A stretch of 64,000 bases of DNA, taken from contig MU058584.1 in assembly GCA_013265495.1 (NCBI GenBank), positions 6,352,407 through 6,416,406 on the forward strand, read 5' to 3'. Numbering within the stretch: position 1 is the stretch's first letter; each line of letters starts with the position of its first letter. The DNA comes from Vicugna vicugna. Its lineage: Eukaryota. A model generated the notes under the pieces. It was not told the origin of the DNA and searched no databases. It saw only the letters and a program-made list of their open reading frames with translations. Shown here piece by piece: positions 38,291 to 49,841 of the stretch. A program made the position numbers and the translations under genes.

Positions 38291-41200
38291 TTTACAGATC
38301 GAGAGATAGAAACATAAAATATGCATCTCAACCCTGGCCACTACAATCTACATTTCAGTAGCATCAGATGGCTTTTCATTCTCCACGTGCACCTTCTTGT
38401 TAGAGCCACCGTAATTTTGATTACATTCTTCCCTGGGTAGAATATATTTCATCCTATTTTAACTTGTCAAAATTCAACCCATCATAAGATTCTCCTGTAA
38501 ATTAGTCTTTCTCTTCTTTTCTTTCAACATTACCATCTAAATATGGGGTTTTTTTCCTAATAAAAGATAGTAAAATCAATGAAGTCTACATAACCCTGGA
38601 AGAAGCAAAGGCAGGGAAAACAGCTAAACTCAAGTCTACTAACACTTCAATGCCTCATGTCACTTAATTGTAGAACAGCCATATAACTCAGGCATTATTT
38701 CAGTTACAAATACTGAAACTAGCTTGAGGTGATTAGAAAATGTTTCCAGTGTCACACATCTAATCATTGGATGTGCAAAGGTTTGGACTCATGTATCCAG
38801 GATCCCAAAGATTTCCTTTTTCCACCATATCGCCTTATACTTAAGGATTTCTGCCACTTCTTTTTCTTCTCTTTAGAACCCAAGCTTTTGAGATCATCTA
38901 GTTCAACATTCTTGATTTTTTTTCACAAATGACGACCAAAAAAAGCCAGAGAGGTTAAGTGCTTTGTAAACTACTTTGTTAGTGTTGTCGGGGTTGGATG
39001 GAAGGTCTGTTAAAACACATGTATGTAATTAGGACTAGGGATGTAAGGTCAGCCTGGTACTTTACACTTTTATAGTAGAATTTAGAATTAGCAGGATAAT
39101 TGATAGCTTTCAAAATTAAAATGTTGTCACAAACCACAGTCTAGGGAGATTCACAGGAATGAAAAGCATAAACATCTGAGAATGAATATCCATCTGTGAA
39201 AATTAATGTCCAGCCATGACATTTATCAGAATGCTCTAGTGTAGTTAATTCTTTGCCAAGCATCTTTCTGTGCGAGAGACAAAATGAGTTCTTGACATTC
39301 TGATACAAAGTCCATGTGCCCGACGATAAAGTCCTGAGCTCTCCGGTGCTCACATGCCTCCTCCCTCCCATATCTGGCTCCCATCCCGCAGACTCTACCA
39401 CTCTGGCTCAGGAAGTAGGCAATTTCCTGCCCTGACTGAGCCGGATATTAAGACCTCTTTGTTCCTTATCTCTGAGAAATAACACCTCTCTGTAAGACTC
39501 CAAATGGCTGACCGACTCATGGTCATACCCACCTAAAGGACTGTCTGCTGTTCTTTAACAGTAGTGTTGACCGAGCCGGAGCGATTTGCCCACATTCTGA
39601 ACATAAAACGTTGTGGGGTGGTATGGATATGGGATTATTAGTTTGTAGAGTGTCTGTTATTAGGATAAAGAAGACTTTTTTTTTAAGAACTACAAAGATA
39701 AAAGATCTTCCTTTCTGTGCCTCTCCTGCCCCCCCAACATGTCCACAAACAAACTCACCCTTTTATATCAGTCTGCATTTATGCAAGCGTCCTCTCTCCT
39801 ATGAGACATCTTAAATGGATTCTTTCATTCTGGTGCAGACAAAACTAAAACTTCTAGGCTGCGTTACGTGGGCAATTTGACTGTTCTCCTTGGAGGGAGT
39901 ACGCACAGATAACAACTGCTGACAACTTCTTGGTACATCCCAATTTATGAAGACATGACATATCGATCTGTACACATAGGCTATGTTCTCTACTTGACTG
40001 ATGGTTAGTAATAACCATCTGCACATCCACAGCTTGTCCAGCTTCCAGACTTCTTCCATTTGGTGGAATGTTCTTAATACAAGATTCCTATTCAACACTT
40101 CAAAGCCCTTTCAAAACATTTCACTTTTCATGTAATGCATGCCCTTCATTCCAGCTTCTTCTGTCTGGAGCTCTGATACCAGGAAAAGCTAAAAATAGTC
40201 CACCATGATAACCAAGAACAGAAAATACAATTCAGAGGTAAAAATGAAGGGGGCACATTCTGCCCACCTCCTTCATTAGCAGGATTAAAGGAATCAAAGT
40301 ATTCTAGAGCTCAGAAATCTTAAAGATCATTTAGTCTCACCAGCTTATCTTATAGTTGCAGAAACCAGGCAGGATGATTAATAGCATTTAAAGCAGCAGG
40401 GTGGAAAATGTTCCAAGTAGCGGGAGCTGCATCTCTGTAGACACAGGGATGTTGACTGGGTTATCAGGAAAAGACCCTGACGAGATGAGCCACTTGGGAA
40501 GAAATAGAACACAAGACTAAATAAACAGGGTTGAACACATTTACAAAGGGCCTTTAAATTTCCATCTGTAATTTGTAGATCAATTTTCGACTTTACTGGA
40601 AATTTAAACACTGAATCATGTAGTTTACATTTGGAAAGAAACTCAGGATCTCAGCTTTTATGTTTTGCCTTTACTGCACACACTCTACTTAGTTGTAATT
40701 TTTTATTTCTTTAATTTTAAAATCTTTGCCATCCACTGGAGTATAACCTTTAAAGTATGTGGCATAGTTGGCAAGCATAGAGTAAGTACTGAAAAACTAT
40801 CTGTTGAATGAATAAGGTCATCTGAATTAACCTTCTACATAGAGAGACATCTTTTGCATAGCTTTCTGAACAGTTGACTCCCTAACCACGGTCTATGAAC
40901 ATCCTCGGTGATGAAGCCTGGCCACAGCCAAGGTGTCCCATGCCCTTGTCAGGCAGCCATGACTGAGAAGGAACCAACTTCTTCTGGAAGAAGAGGGATG
41001 AACTTTGGGTAAACAGGATATTCTAGGTCAAAGGACATGAGAATATTGAATGCACCTTGTGTTTTTGATAGGCAGTAGGCTTTAGGTAAGATCTAAGGAA
41101 ATAAAATATATGAGGGCCTTTTTGCACTTTTCAAAAAGCCTTATGGAATTAGACATCACTCAGCCCATTTTCCATATAAAGTAACTGAGGCTAAGCTTTG

Positions 41201-41899
41201 AGTATTTTGCTCATGACGATATTGTAGTAAAATTGATTTGAAACCAGGACTAGCTTGGAAGCTCAGATTCTTCCTAACTTGTTACACTGCTTGTATTAAA
41301 AAATGTAACACAAAATTGCTACCCTCAAACAAGTCACAATATATCTAGAGAGACAGATTTGTAAACACTCGCTATGACGTTAATCACAAATGTGTAAAAT
41401 GCACTAAGCATAAAGAAGATAGCTGTTAGTTTGGCCTGGAGTTTGGAAATGTCAGGAAAGGTTTCACCCAAGCAATGGCTTCTGACCTGGATCATGAAGT
41501 CAACCATCAGATGGAGTTAACCTGACTTATCAGAAAGAGTCTCCCAGAAGAAGGAACCCAAGAACTCAGCGCAGCCAGGAGACTTTCTCATTAGGGCATA
41601 ATACGTTCCAGCCAGGCTGGGAACACACCCAAGTCAATATGTGATAACTTCAATGGGATTCTTATAAGGTTTAGTTGCATCAGGCAAACATGTATCATGT
41701 ATCAAACATAAGCAGCCCCTTAAATTCTTCCGCCTGTATGTGTATGCATGCACACACGCACACACGCGCACATACACACCACCCACCACCATCACCATCA
41801 TATACATCCCATTGTTATGCCCAGACAGATTGTCTCAGTGCCCTTTCTACTACACTTACTGCCTCTGAGCGTTAATAAACAAGGCATTCAGTTTATGTA

Positions 41900-43120
41900 A
41901 TTATAGGAGTACAACCGAAGGAATTTTAAATGCCAGACATGGCCAATTTAACCGACTTGAATGTTACAAACAATGGTCTAACACCAAAATTTAGCAGAGG
42001 GAATAAATACAGACTAGGCAGTGGTAGAGAAATTTCCTGAACTTCTCAAGTTCACAATAGAAACTGGTGAATGCCCTCTGCAATTTGCTTTTAATGTGGA
42101 TGGAACCAGTCTCTCATGGAAACAGATACCTTCCTGTGTGTTTTCTGCATGTTAAAAGAGAAAGAATGTGTCTGGCTTTAAGGCAGCCACACAGACCACC
42201 TCACTCTCTTGCTTAGAAGAAGGTCAACAGGGAATTTACAGTTAAAACTCCAGCTTGCTCATCACACAGTAAACTATCCAATGCAAATGGGCTAACAGCA
42301 AATCAGACTTGCTGATAATATGATATTCAAACAGAACATCGGAGGTTATTTGAGATACTCAGTAAGTGGTTGATTTGTGATTATTGCTTAGCTGTGAATA
42401 GGTATTGTGAGAATAATGACCTTTCAAAGAAAGCATTGCTGCTCTAGAATACTGTCCCTGCTCACTCAATAAACTTTGAGTCTTTGGCAACAAACATTAA
42501 ATCTTAAGTTTCCTTCACCCCACACAAATCCATACAGCATCCAATGAAGCAAGGAGTAATTGTGTATCCAAGTTGGACTGGATGTAACACCCATTTTAAA
42601 ACTCATCAGTGATACCGAGGCTGAGGGTGGCATGTGTCAGGGATTTCTGACACGATTCTGCTAGCGGGTTAAGAAAAATATTGAAAAGTGATGGTGGGAA
42701 GTGATATGAACAGCGTGTGGAAAGGAGTCTAATTTGAGAGTGGACCTGGTTTCCTTAGTCTTGAACTTGATACGCCTCAAATTCCCAACACTGCATGGTT
42801 TGTACAACTGGCTAGTCTTAATGAGGTCATGGAAGACGATGTGGAAGTGACATTAACTCCTTACAATGAGTCCTCAGAGAGCAAGTGCGGCTGCTGTGGA
42901 CGAGGATTCAGAGAGTCTTCCAGTGCAAAAAGCTTTAACATGTTCAAAGGAGCCAAATATACTTCTGAAAAAGAGGCCCTGGAAATGGAAACCACAGGAG
43001 GGAGGTGTTAAAGAAGATGCCAAAAGCACTGGCCTATAATGAAGTGAATTGGGAAGAAAGGAGAAGGAGACATCTTTATCAAAACTCAGGTCTGTCTGGA
43101 TTCACAGAAAGAAGCAGAGA
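41900..43120 (+). mobile_element. Decayed Tigger/pogo-family (TcMar-Tigger) DDE transposase fossil
   Basis: Translation across breaks: LNARHGQFNRL; EKFPELLKFTIETGECPLQFAFNVDGTSLSWKQIP (FNVD at about 42090); GFKAA/DHLTLLL..GNLQLKLQL; RYCENNDLSKKALLL*NTVPAH (42430-42465); IQHPMKQGVI (to 42561). Collinear with Tigger/CENP-B-family DDE_1 motifs. Confidence 0.85.
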
Positions 43121-43219
43121 AATATTAACCCAGGAAGAGAAAGATGAGGAAACTATGCCTCTAAATAGCATGGTCTTTCTTCCACGTTGTCACATTACCT
43201 AATTCTGGGAAAATAATCT

Positions 43220-43560
43220 TGGAACTTTTGAACTAAAGGCACTATTGGGGATCACCTACTTCAACTCCATTATTACACAACCGGGAAAACTGAGGGCCCA
43301 GAAGCCATAACTAACCCAAAGCTGCACAGTCAGTTGGTCAACAGGACGAGAGGTTATTGTTCAGGCTTATGATGTTCTCTGGTTTAGCGCTCAGAAGACT
43401 GGCTCCAGTGCTTGTTCCTATATCAACAACAACTGTATATTTAAACAATTCTGCAAGCTCTCTGTGCCCAGTTTTCTCCTCTGCCCTGTTTTACACAAGT
43501 ATTAGAATAAAATGAAGATCTGGCATGTGGCCATTCATGGTAAAAGGCAAATACTATTCA
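43220..43560. mobile_element. Two adjacent MIR fragments in opposite orientation
   Basis: ggaaaactgagggcccagaag..cccaaagctgcacag, then ctctctgtgcccagttttctcctctg. Confidence 0.55.
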
Positions 43561-44236
43561 AAAATAAAGGATTCCTACTACACGCTACCTTGTTGGAAGT
43601 AGGGGATGAGAATTAACTTTGTATCTTTCATGTGTTATAGTACAGACGTTATGTGAATAACAATGAAATGAACTGAAATACTTTCATTTTAATAAATTCA
43701 AAATAACCTGAAATTTTGTACAAGAGGGAAGCCATCTAGCAGGTCTACTTCCAAGAAAGCTATATTATGTTTTCAAAATAATAGAGCTGGTTGCAAAACA
43801 AAAAAACAAACCAACGAACAACAACAACAACAAAAACCCCAAAACAATTTATGACACCTCCAAACTTCAGAACTCAACAAATAATTTCTAGTTTCTAGGC
43901 AACTTATTTTTCTTATTTCCCTATTTCAGTAGGGAAGACCCTACAGAAAATAACCTTTCTTATATTAGCAAACTAAATAAATTTAACTTTAAAAATATAT
44001 ACAAGACCACTCAGATAGTTGATTAATTAATTCAGTGCAATTGATGCCTACTTAAAAATACTATCAGCATTTATGGACCAACTCATTCATTAAATGTTTC
44101 ACTCCAGTGATAATTCAGCTTAAGCTTAGCATTTTCTAAAAAGAGAATCACTCTGTTGATACAACCTGACAATATTTCATCTGTTACCCAGTTTTAAGTG
44201 GAAGAACATATTGTAATTCAAAAGATTCGTAATGTC

Positions 44237-44818
44237 AAAAAGACACTTACACCCTAATGTTCATAGCAGCACTATTTACAATAGCCAAGACATGGGAACA
44301 GCCTCAATGTCCATCGACAGATGACTGGATAAAGAAGAAGTGGTATATTTATACAATGGAATACTATTCAGCCATAAAAACCGACAACATAATGCCATTT
44401 GCAGCAACATGGATGTCCCTGGAGAATGTCATTCTAAGTGAAGTAAGCCAGAAAGAGAAGGAAAAATACCATATGAGATTGCTCATATGTGGAATCTAAA
44501 AAAAAAAAAGAACATAAATACAAAACAGAAATAGACTCATAGACATAGAATACAAACTTGTGGTTGCCAAGGGGGTGAGGGGTGGGATGGGACAGACTGG
44601 GAGTTCAAAAGTTTTAGATACTGACAGGCATAGATAGAATAGGTAAATAAGATTATACTGTGTAGCACAGGGAAATGTATACAAGACCTTGTGGTAGCTC
44701 ATGGTGAAAAGGAATGCAACAATGAATATGTGTATGTTCATGTGTGACTGAAAAATTGTGCTCTGTACTGGAAATTGACACAACATTGTAAAATGACTAA
44801 CTCAAAAAATGTTTAAAA
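44237..44818 (+). mobile_element. Young 5'-truncated L1 (ORF2 C-terminus plus 3' UTR), camelid/artiodactyl type
   Basis: ORF 44257-44499 (MFIAALFTIAKTWEQPQCPSTDDWIKKKWYIYTMEYYSAIK...) is an uninterrupted L1 ORF2 C-terminus followed by the 3' UTR. Confidence 0.95.
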
Positions 44819-45859
44819 CAAATTTATTGTTACTATTGATCCCTGGTATTTTCTTAAATATCTTTGCTGTTAACTCAGATATCAAAAGCTTCACGCCAGT
44901 ATTTATTCTTTTGCATCTTCTCCACAGCACATTCATCATTTAGCAATTAAAAATGGCACCCTTTCTCATTTCAGAAGTGGCTGAATTTCAGTAGGTTTAT
45001 TTTATGAAATTAAACTAGCTTTTCGCCAGTCCTGTGATGGAGGGAAAAATGGTCCAAATTGCCACGCTTGGTTTTACCTCTCAGCTCTAGAGAACAGCAA
45101 TGTTAGTTCTCTTCCTCATCAGAAAGTTCTAGGACCAAATTGTACCAGGTGAAATAGTATTGTTGCTAAGGAAATAAGATACCAAAGAGAAATGAAGTTG
45201 ATCCTCCAGGTTTGTTTCTTTCACTGAAGAAATTCTAGACAGTGGATTTTAACATACAGAGCCTTTGTTGCCATCAAGATCCTCTTGGATTCTTGAATTT
45301 TTGTCAGCTAATATCTTTCAATTTGCAGAGATGGTCCCAGAGACATGGTCACCATCCTCACATCTTGTAACAGCAATGCTATGGAAAGTTCCCACACATT
45401 TTTGGTGCATCAAAATGTAGTCTTGGGTGGACGTTGCTAACTCACAACAGACAGCGTAATATTTCAATGACCATTTTCAGCTTTCTGAATTTTTAAGTTT
45501 AGGGAAAACTTACTCCTATTTCACTTGCAGGAAAAGTTCCATAAGGGAAAAAAAAAGACTCTATAGCATAAAAGAAGCCATCCCTATAGCTTGGCCTGAG
45601 CAAATTATAACAATAGTGACTGACTTAACAATAGTCTCTGGAACAGGGTGATAGGAGGAAACCAGAAGATTGAGAGCATCACCATGTGACCTGTACATTG
45701 CCCGAGGTGGTATGAGATATTTCCTTACCAAAAGTCCAGACAAAACAAATCAAGTAAATTGACTGGCTCCAGAAGTAGTTCAGTGAGGACCCACAGAATC
45801 CTGTAAGAAGGGCCAAGCATTACTTCTGAAAGCCGTATGGGGGTCCCACTGCAGACCAC

Positions 45860-46060
45860 AAGCTTTGGAATCACACAGATCTGGGTTTGAATTCCACCAC
45901 TCACTAGCTGACTGACCTTGCAAAACCTGCTAATCTTTTTGTACCTGAGTCTCTTCCTCTGGAAAGCAGAGGTAACACTATGACCGCCTCTCTGGGCTGC
46001 TGTGGGATTAGGTAGGCACCTGAGTGTGAATGCTTAACACAATGCCTGGCACACAACAAA
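45860..46060 (+). mobile_element. MIR SINE, well preserved
   Basis: gctttggaatcacacagatctgggtttgaattccaccactcactagctgactgaccttg...aatgcttaacacaatgcctggcaca. Confidence 0.85.
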
Positions 46061-46869
46061 AGATTTAAAAAAAAAAAAAGGCTACTCCAGGGGATCAGAG
46101 ATGCAACCAAGAGTTTATGTGGACTAAACAGACGTAGCGTCCTATCACTGAAGTAATAGGGCATGACAAACTCAAAAGCCCCATTTAAATCTTCTGATTG
46201 TCGAAGTGAAATGGTTGATTATCAGTAACCATATAAAACAAATTCAGGACTAGAATGAAAAGATGTCATTAATAATAGAAATAATCTGAAGAACTACAGA
46301 GGGTACAGGATATCCAGATGTATCATCAGACAGTAGAAAAGTTTACCAACTAAAGAAGATGAAACGGGCTGGATGCCCAGTGGTCTTCAGAGTCTTACTT
46401 GCTGGTGATCATTAATAGTTTCAAGACACCCCCCCAAGAATTCTTCAATTTGGCTGCATAAGTGGAAAATGACACAATAGTGTTTTCATTGTCCTCCGAA
46501 GTCAGTTGTTGCCCATCTTGACCCACAACAATTTGTTCCATAGTTTAAAAACCAGATTGTAATTTTGAGATATACATAAGTCAAATCCATATTTTTATCC
46601 CTAAAGAGGCTAAAAATATATATGCTGTACTCCAAAAATTCAGTTTATTTTTAACAGTTGAGAAACAAGGTTATTTTCATTTGTCAGAGCAAGCAGCCGT
46701 CATTTCCATGTCCAGAATGGGAGGTACACAGTTTGAATAAAACATGTCCAATATTATATTTTTAATATCTAAAAACACGTAAACAATAAAAGATTTTTTT
46801 TTAAAGTTACAGGGGGGGAAAAAGCTTGATATAATCTTCTTGGCTGGTGAAGAAACTCAGAAAACAGAA

Positions 46870-47030
46870 AACAAACGGAGCACACATTCCCTCCCCCTCG
46901 CCTCGCCCGTCTTGGTCTTTCCTTTTTGCAGGCGGGGCGTAACGTAATTTGCAGAGAAACACGAGATTTTTCTTTATCAAAGAGGGGCAGAGGTTATAAA
47001 AAGGTTGAGAAACACCTTTGGAACCCCACC
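46870..47030 (+). promoter_or_regulatory. Candidate Pol II core promoter (GC box plus TATA)
   Basis: 8 CpG in 46876-46963 against a CpG-poor background; GGCGGGGCG at 46931-46939; TATAAAAA at 46995-47002; non-repetitive context; GTGAGT donor at 47129. Confidence 0.4.
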
Positions 47031-49681
47031 AGCTGGAGGACTATTTGAACATCGCTAGAGACAACATATTCTCCCCATGAGGCATGCTACAGCAAGGAGC
47101 TGAACTGAAGCCTTTAATCTCTTCTGTGGTGAGTGGAGCCCCCCAAAATCAGATTATAAACATTGGAATACTAGCTCAGGCGGTTCCACCAAAGATTTTA
47201 TTGCAGTGGCTGTGTCAGACCTTTGCTGTTATCAGTTCTCTTAGGAATAGTCAGATGAACAAGATCCCTGAATAAGAATTCGTTTCTTTCTACACTGCTA
47301 ATCCTACACTCATTTAAAAAGGAAAATGGAAAAATAAATATTACTCTCATAAATGTCAATTTTATATGCATTTTATGTAAGTTACTCTTTTTAAAAGGAC
47401 CTTTCATTTAAATGAGACTTGCGCTGATATACACAAATTTTCTAGAGGAGCTAAGTATTTTTTCTTTTTGCTTACACTGACAGTCTGCTCGCCTTCAATT
47501 TTTATTTCTTTGCATCGTTGAGATTTCTGCTCAGTGTGTTTTCAACCTCGTATTTTTAAGTGTGGTTTCTTATTAAGATTAGATTTTTTTAGTTAAAACA
47601 GTATTTTACACAAAAGAAAAAAAAATCACCCCTCTTTGGGCAATAATGACCCATTCAAGACGATTCGCATAGAACTAAAGGACTATAGACATGGCAACCT
47701 CTTGATATCTCATGTGTTGCTCTATTTCTGAATGTTTCAGGAAAGGCTATGTTATTTGTGTTACTTTGTCAAAATTATCAGCCGACTCTTGAGTTGACAT
47801 TGATGGAAACTCTGCAGCATTTACATTATGAAGGAAATAAACATTCCAGAGACAACTGAATTGCGTCAAGGCTGTGGGTGATTGTTGAGCTGTGACACTT
47901 TGAGTCTTGCTCAGCGCTTGGCTGATAATACAGTGAGAATAAGAGTGGGCTCAAGACCAAACTGCTGGTAAGCAAAGAGCTGAGAATCTCAGATAACAGC
48001 AGAGGTTGTTTCTAGAGTTGTGCAGGAGAAATGCCTATGCAGTTCAGTAAACATGTTGCATCTCCCTGCATGAGGATACTTAAAGACACCGTTTACTGCC
48101 ATTGATAAAGCCTCATGTATATGTGCCAAGACTGGGACCAGTTGAAGCTACAGCACAGGGCTGCTACGCAAAGTGCTGGACAAGACAATTGAGCTCATTG
48201 AGAGATGGGCTGAAATAAGGTGATAAAATCAGTCATGGAAAACAGAGCTTTGGGATCATATGTAGCAGCTGAGTCAATCTTCCCTTCATTCCCAGGTGGA
48301 CAACTCCAAATTCTTTTGCTGTAAGCAGATGGTTTATCCTAATGGATAGCTTTGGGACTAGGCAACAATTGCATAAGGTGAATTTAGCTCCTGCGATGCT
48401 TCATTGGCAGTGCGTCCTTGACACCAAACTCAGAAGACCTCTTTGAAAATTGTCTACCTGTAGGTAATTTGAATAAGCCATTGTGTTTGCAAGACTGACC
48501 ACTGGATATTTTTGTCATTTCATTGGCTTGCAAGCCAAGACAGGTTCACATGAGTCAATTTTCCAGTTGATGAAGAAAGGAAACAGACATCAAATGTAAG
48601 ATGCCACTGGTGATTGGATACATATTAAGGAAGAAGTTGTGACATGGACCTATACCAGTAGGACTGCTCTTAAATGGAGAAGTAACTTCATAGGTCTCAC
48701 TATAGTTAGCTTGGTGGAGAAAACAAAATAGGAGCAGAATCTCCCAAGGCTTTAGTCCAGACTCAATTATCTGCTTCAGGATAGTAAATTCAGAGAATCA
48801 GTCTTGAGCTTAACAATAATTTCTAGATTTTCTTTGGAACCTAATGAATCATTTTGGGCATTTGAGTATCCACATAATATAAAAGGAACCCAACAATTTG
48901 GAGATGAGAAAATAAACATTCCTCGTATTGGTTAGCTCTCAGTCAATATGGGCTGGATAAATTTTGAGAGTATTTTCAGGATTTTGACGTCAACTTCTAG
49001 ATCACTGATATAATGAAGACCAGTATTCCATTTCCTCAATCCTTATGGTGCTTTAATTTCAAGAATGTAAATTTCACTTAATATTTGAGTATCTACTATA
49101 CCCAAAACACTGATACTCAGATAAATAAGAAATGTTCTTTGTCCAAGAGGCAGTAATTGCATAAAAGGTTAATTTCAAAAGGAAGTGGAGCTGGTCACCT
49201 GTGGTACAGTTTCTTACTGACAGACACATAGTTGTGAAAGGATGGAGGCAAAATTTCGTGTTGATACACTTTTTTTTTTCTGGAAATGGGAAACAAAGCT
49301 TTCATCTAAACATTGATCAAGATCATTGTCTTGTAGTTTGAGTTGTAGATTCTGTTTCCACGTAGCACCAGATGACTATTATTTCTGAGATGAGGGAGCT
49401 GGTAGTTTATTATAATTATACTTTAGAAAGAGAGAGTACCTGATAGGATCTGAAGTAAGCTCTAGTGATTTTAATTTGAAAAACCATTTTTCTTGGTGTA
49501 ACTGGCTGTAAATCTGCCATTCAGATGGATCTGGTTTATTGCTTTGGAAAGGGGGGAGAAGGAAAGGTGGAAGTCTTAGAAACAATTAAAAGTAAAAAAA
49601 AAAGTCTTAAAATATTTTTAAAAAGCAATTAGAAATGTGAAAACACAAGCAGCAAAATATAATTCTTAACTAACAATTGGC

Positions 49682-49841
49682 GGGGGAGGGTATAGCTCAG
49701 TGGTAGAGTACGTGCTTAGCATGCATGAGGTCCTGTGTTCAATCCCCAGGACCTCCATCAAAAAAATAAATAAATAAGCCTAATTACCTCCCCACAAAAC
49801 AAAAACAAACAAATAAAAACAAAAATATATATTAAAAAAAA
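49682..49841 (+). mobile_element. Camelid tRNA-Ala-derived SINE (Vic-1-like), full length
   Basis: gggggagggtatagctcagtggtagag..ttagcatgcatgaggtcctgtgttcaatcccc (Pol III A and B boxes), cctaattacctcccc tail and A-rich end. Confidence 0.9.

Noticed and set aside
39811..40098. 95-aa ORF in unique sequence
   Set aside because: Non-ATG start, no recognisable homology or convincing splice context, and a length expected by chance
44257..44499. Host protein-coding gene
   Set aside because: The peptide is the L1 ORF2 C-terminus of a 5'-truncated insertion
48150..48225. Protein-like peptide GLLRKVLDKTIELIERWAEIR
   Set aside because: Bounded by stops within about 25 codons; no extendable homology recognised
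49682..49757. tRNA-Ala(AGC) gene (also at 59732)
   Set aside because: Continues into a SINE-specific tail and A-rich end, has an imperfect acceptor stem, and has dispersed diverged copies
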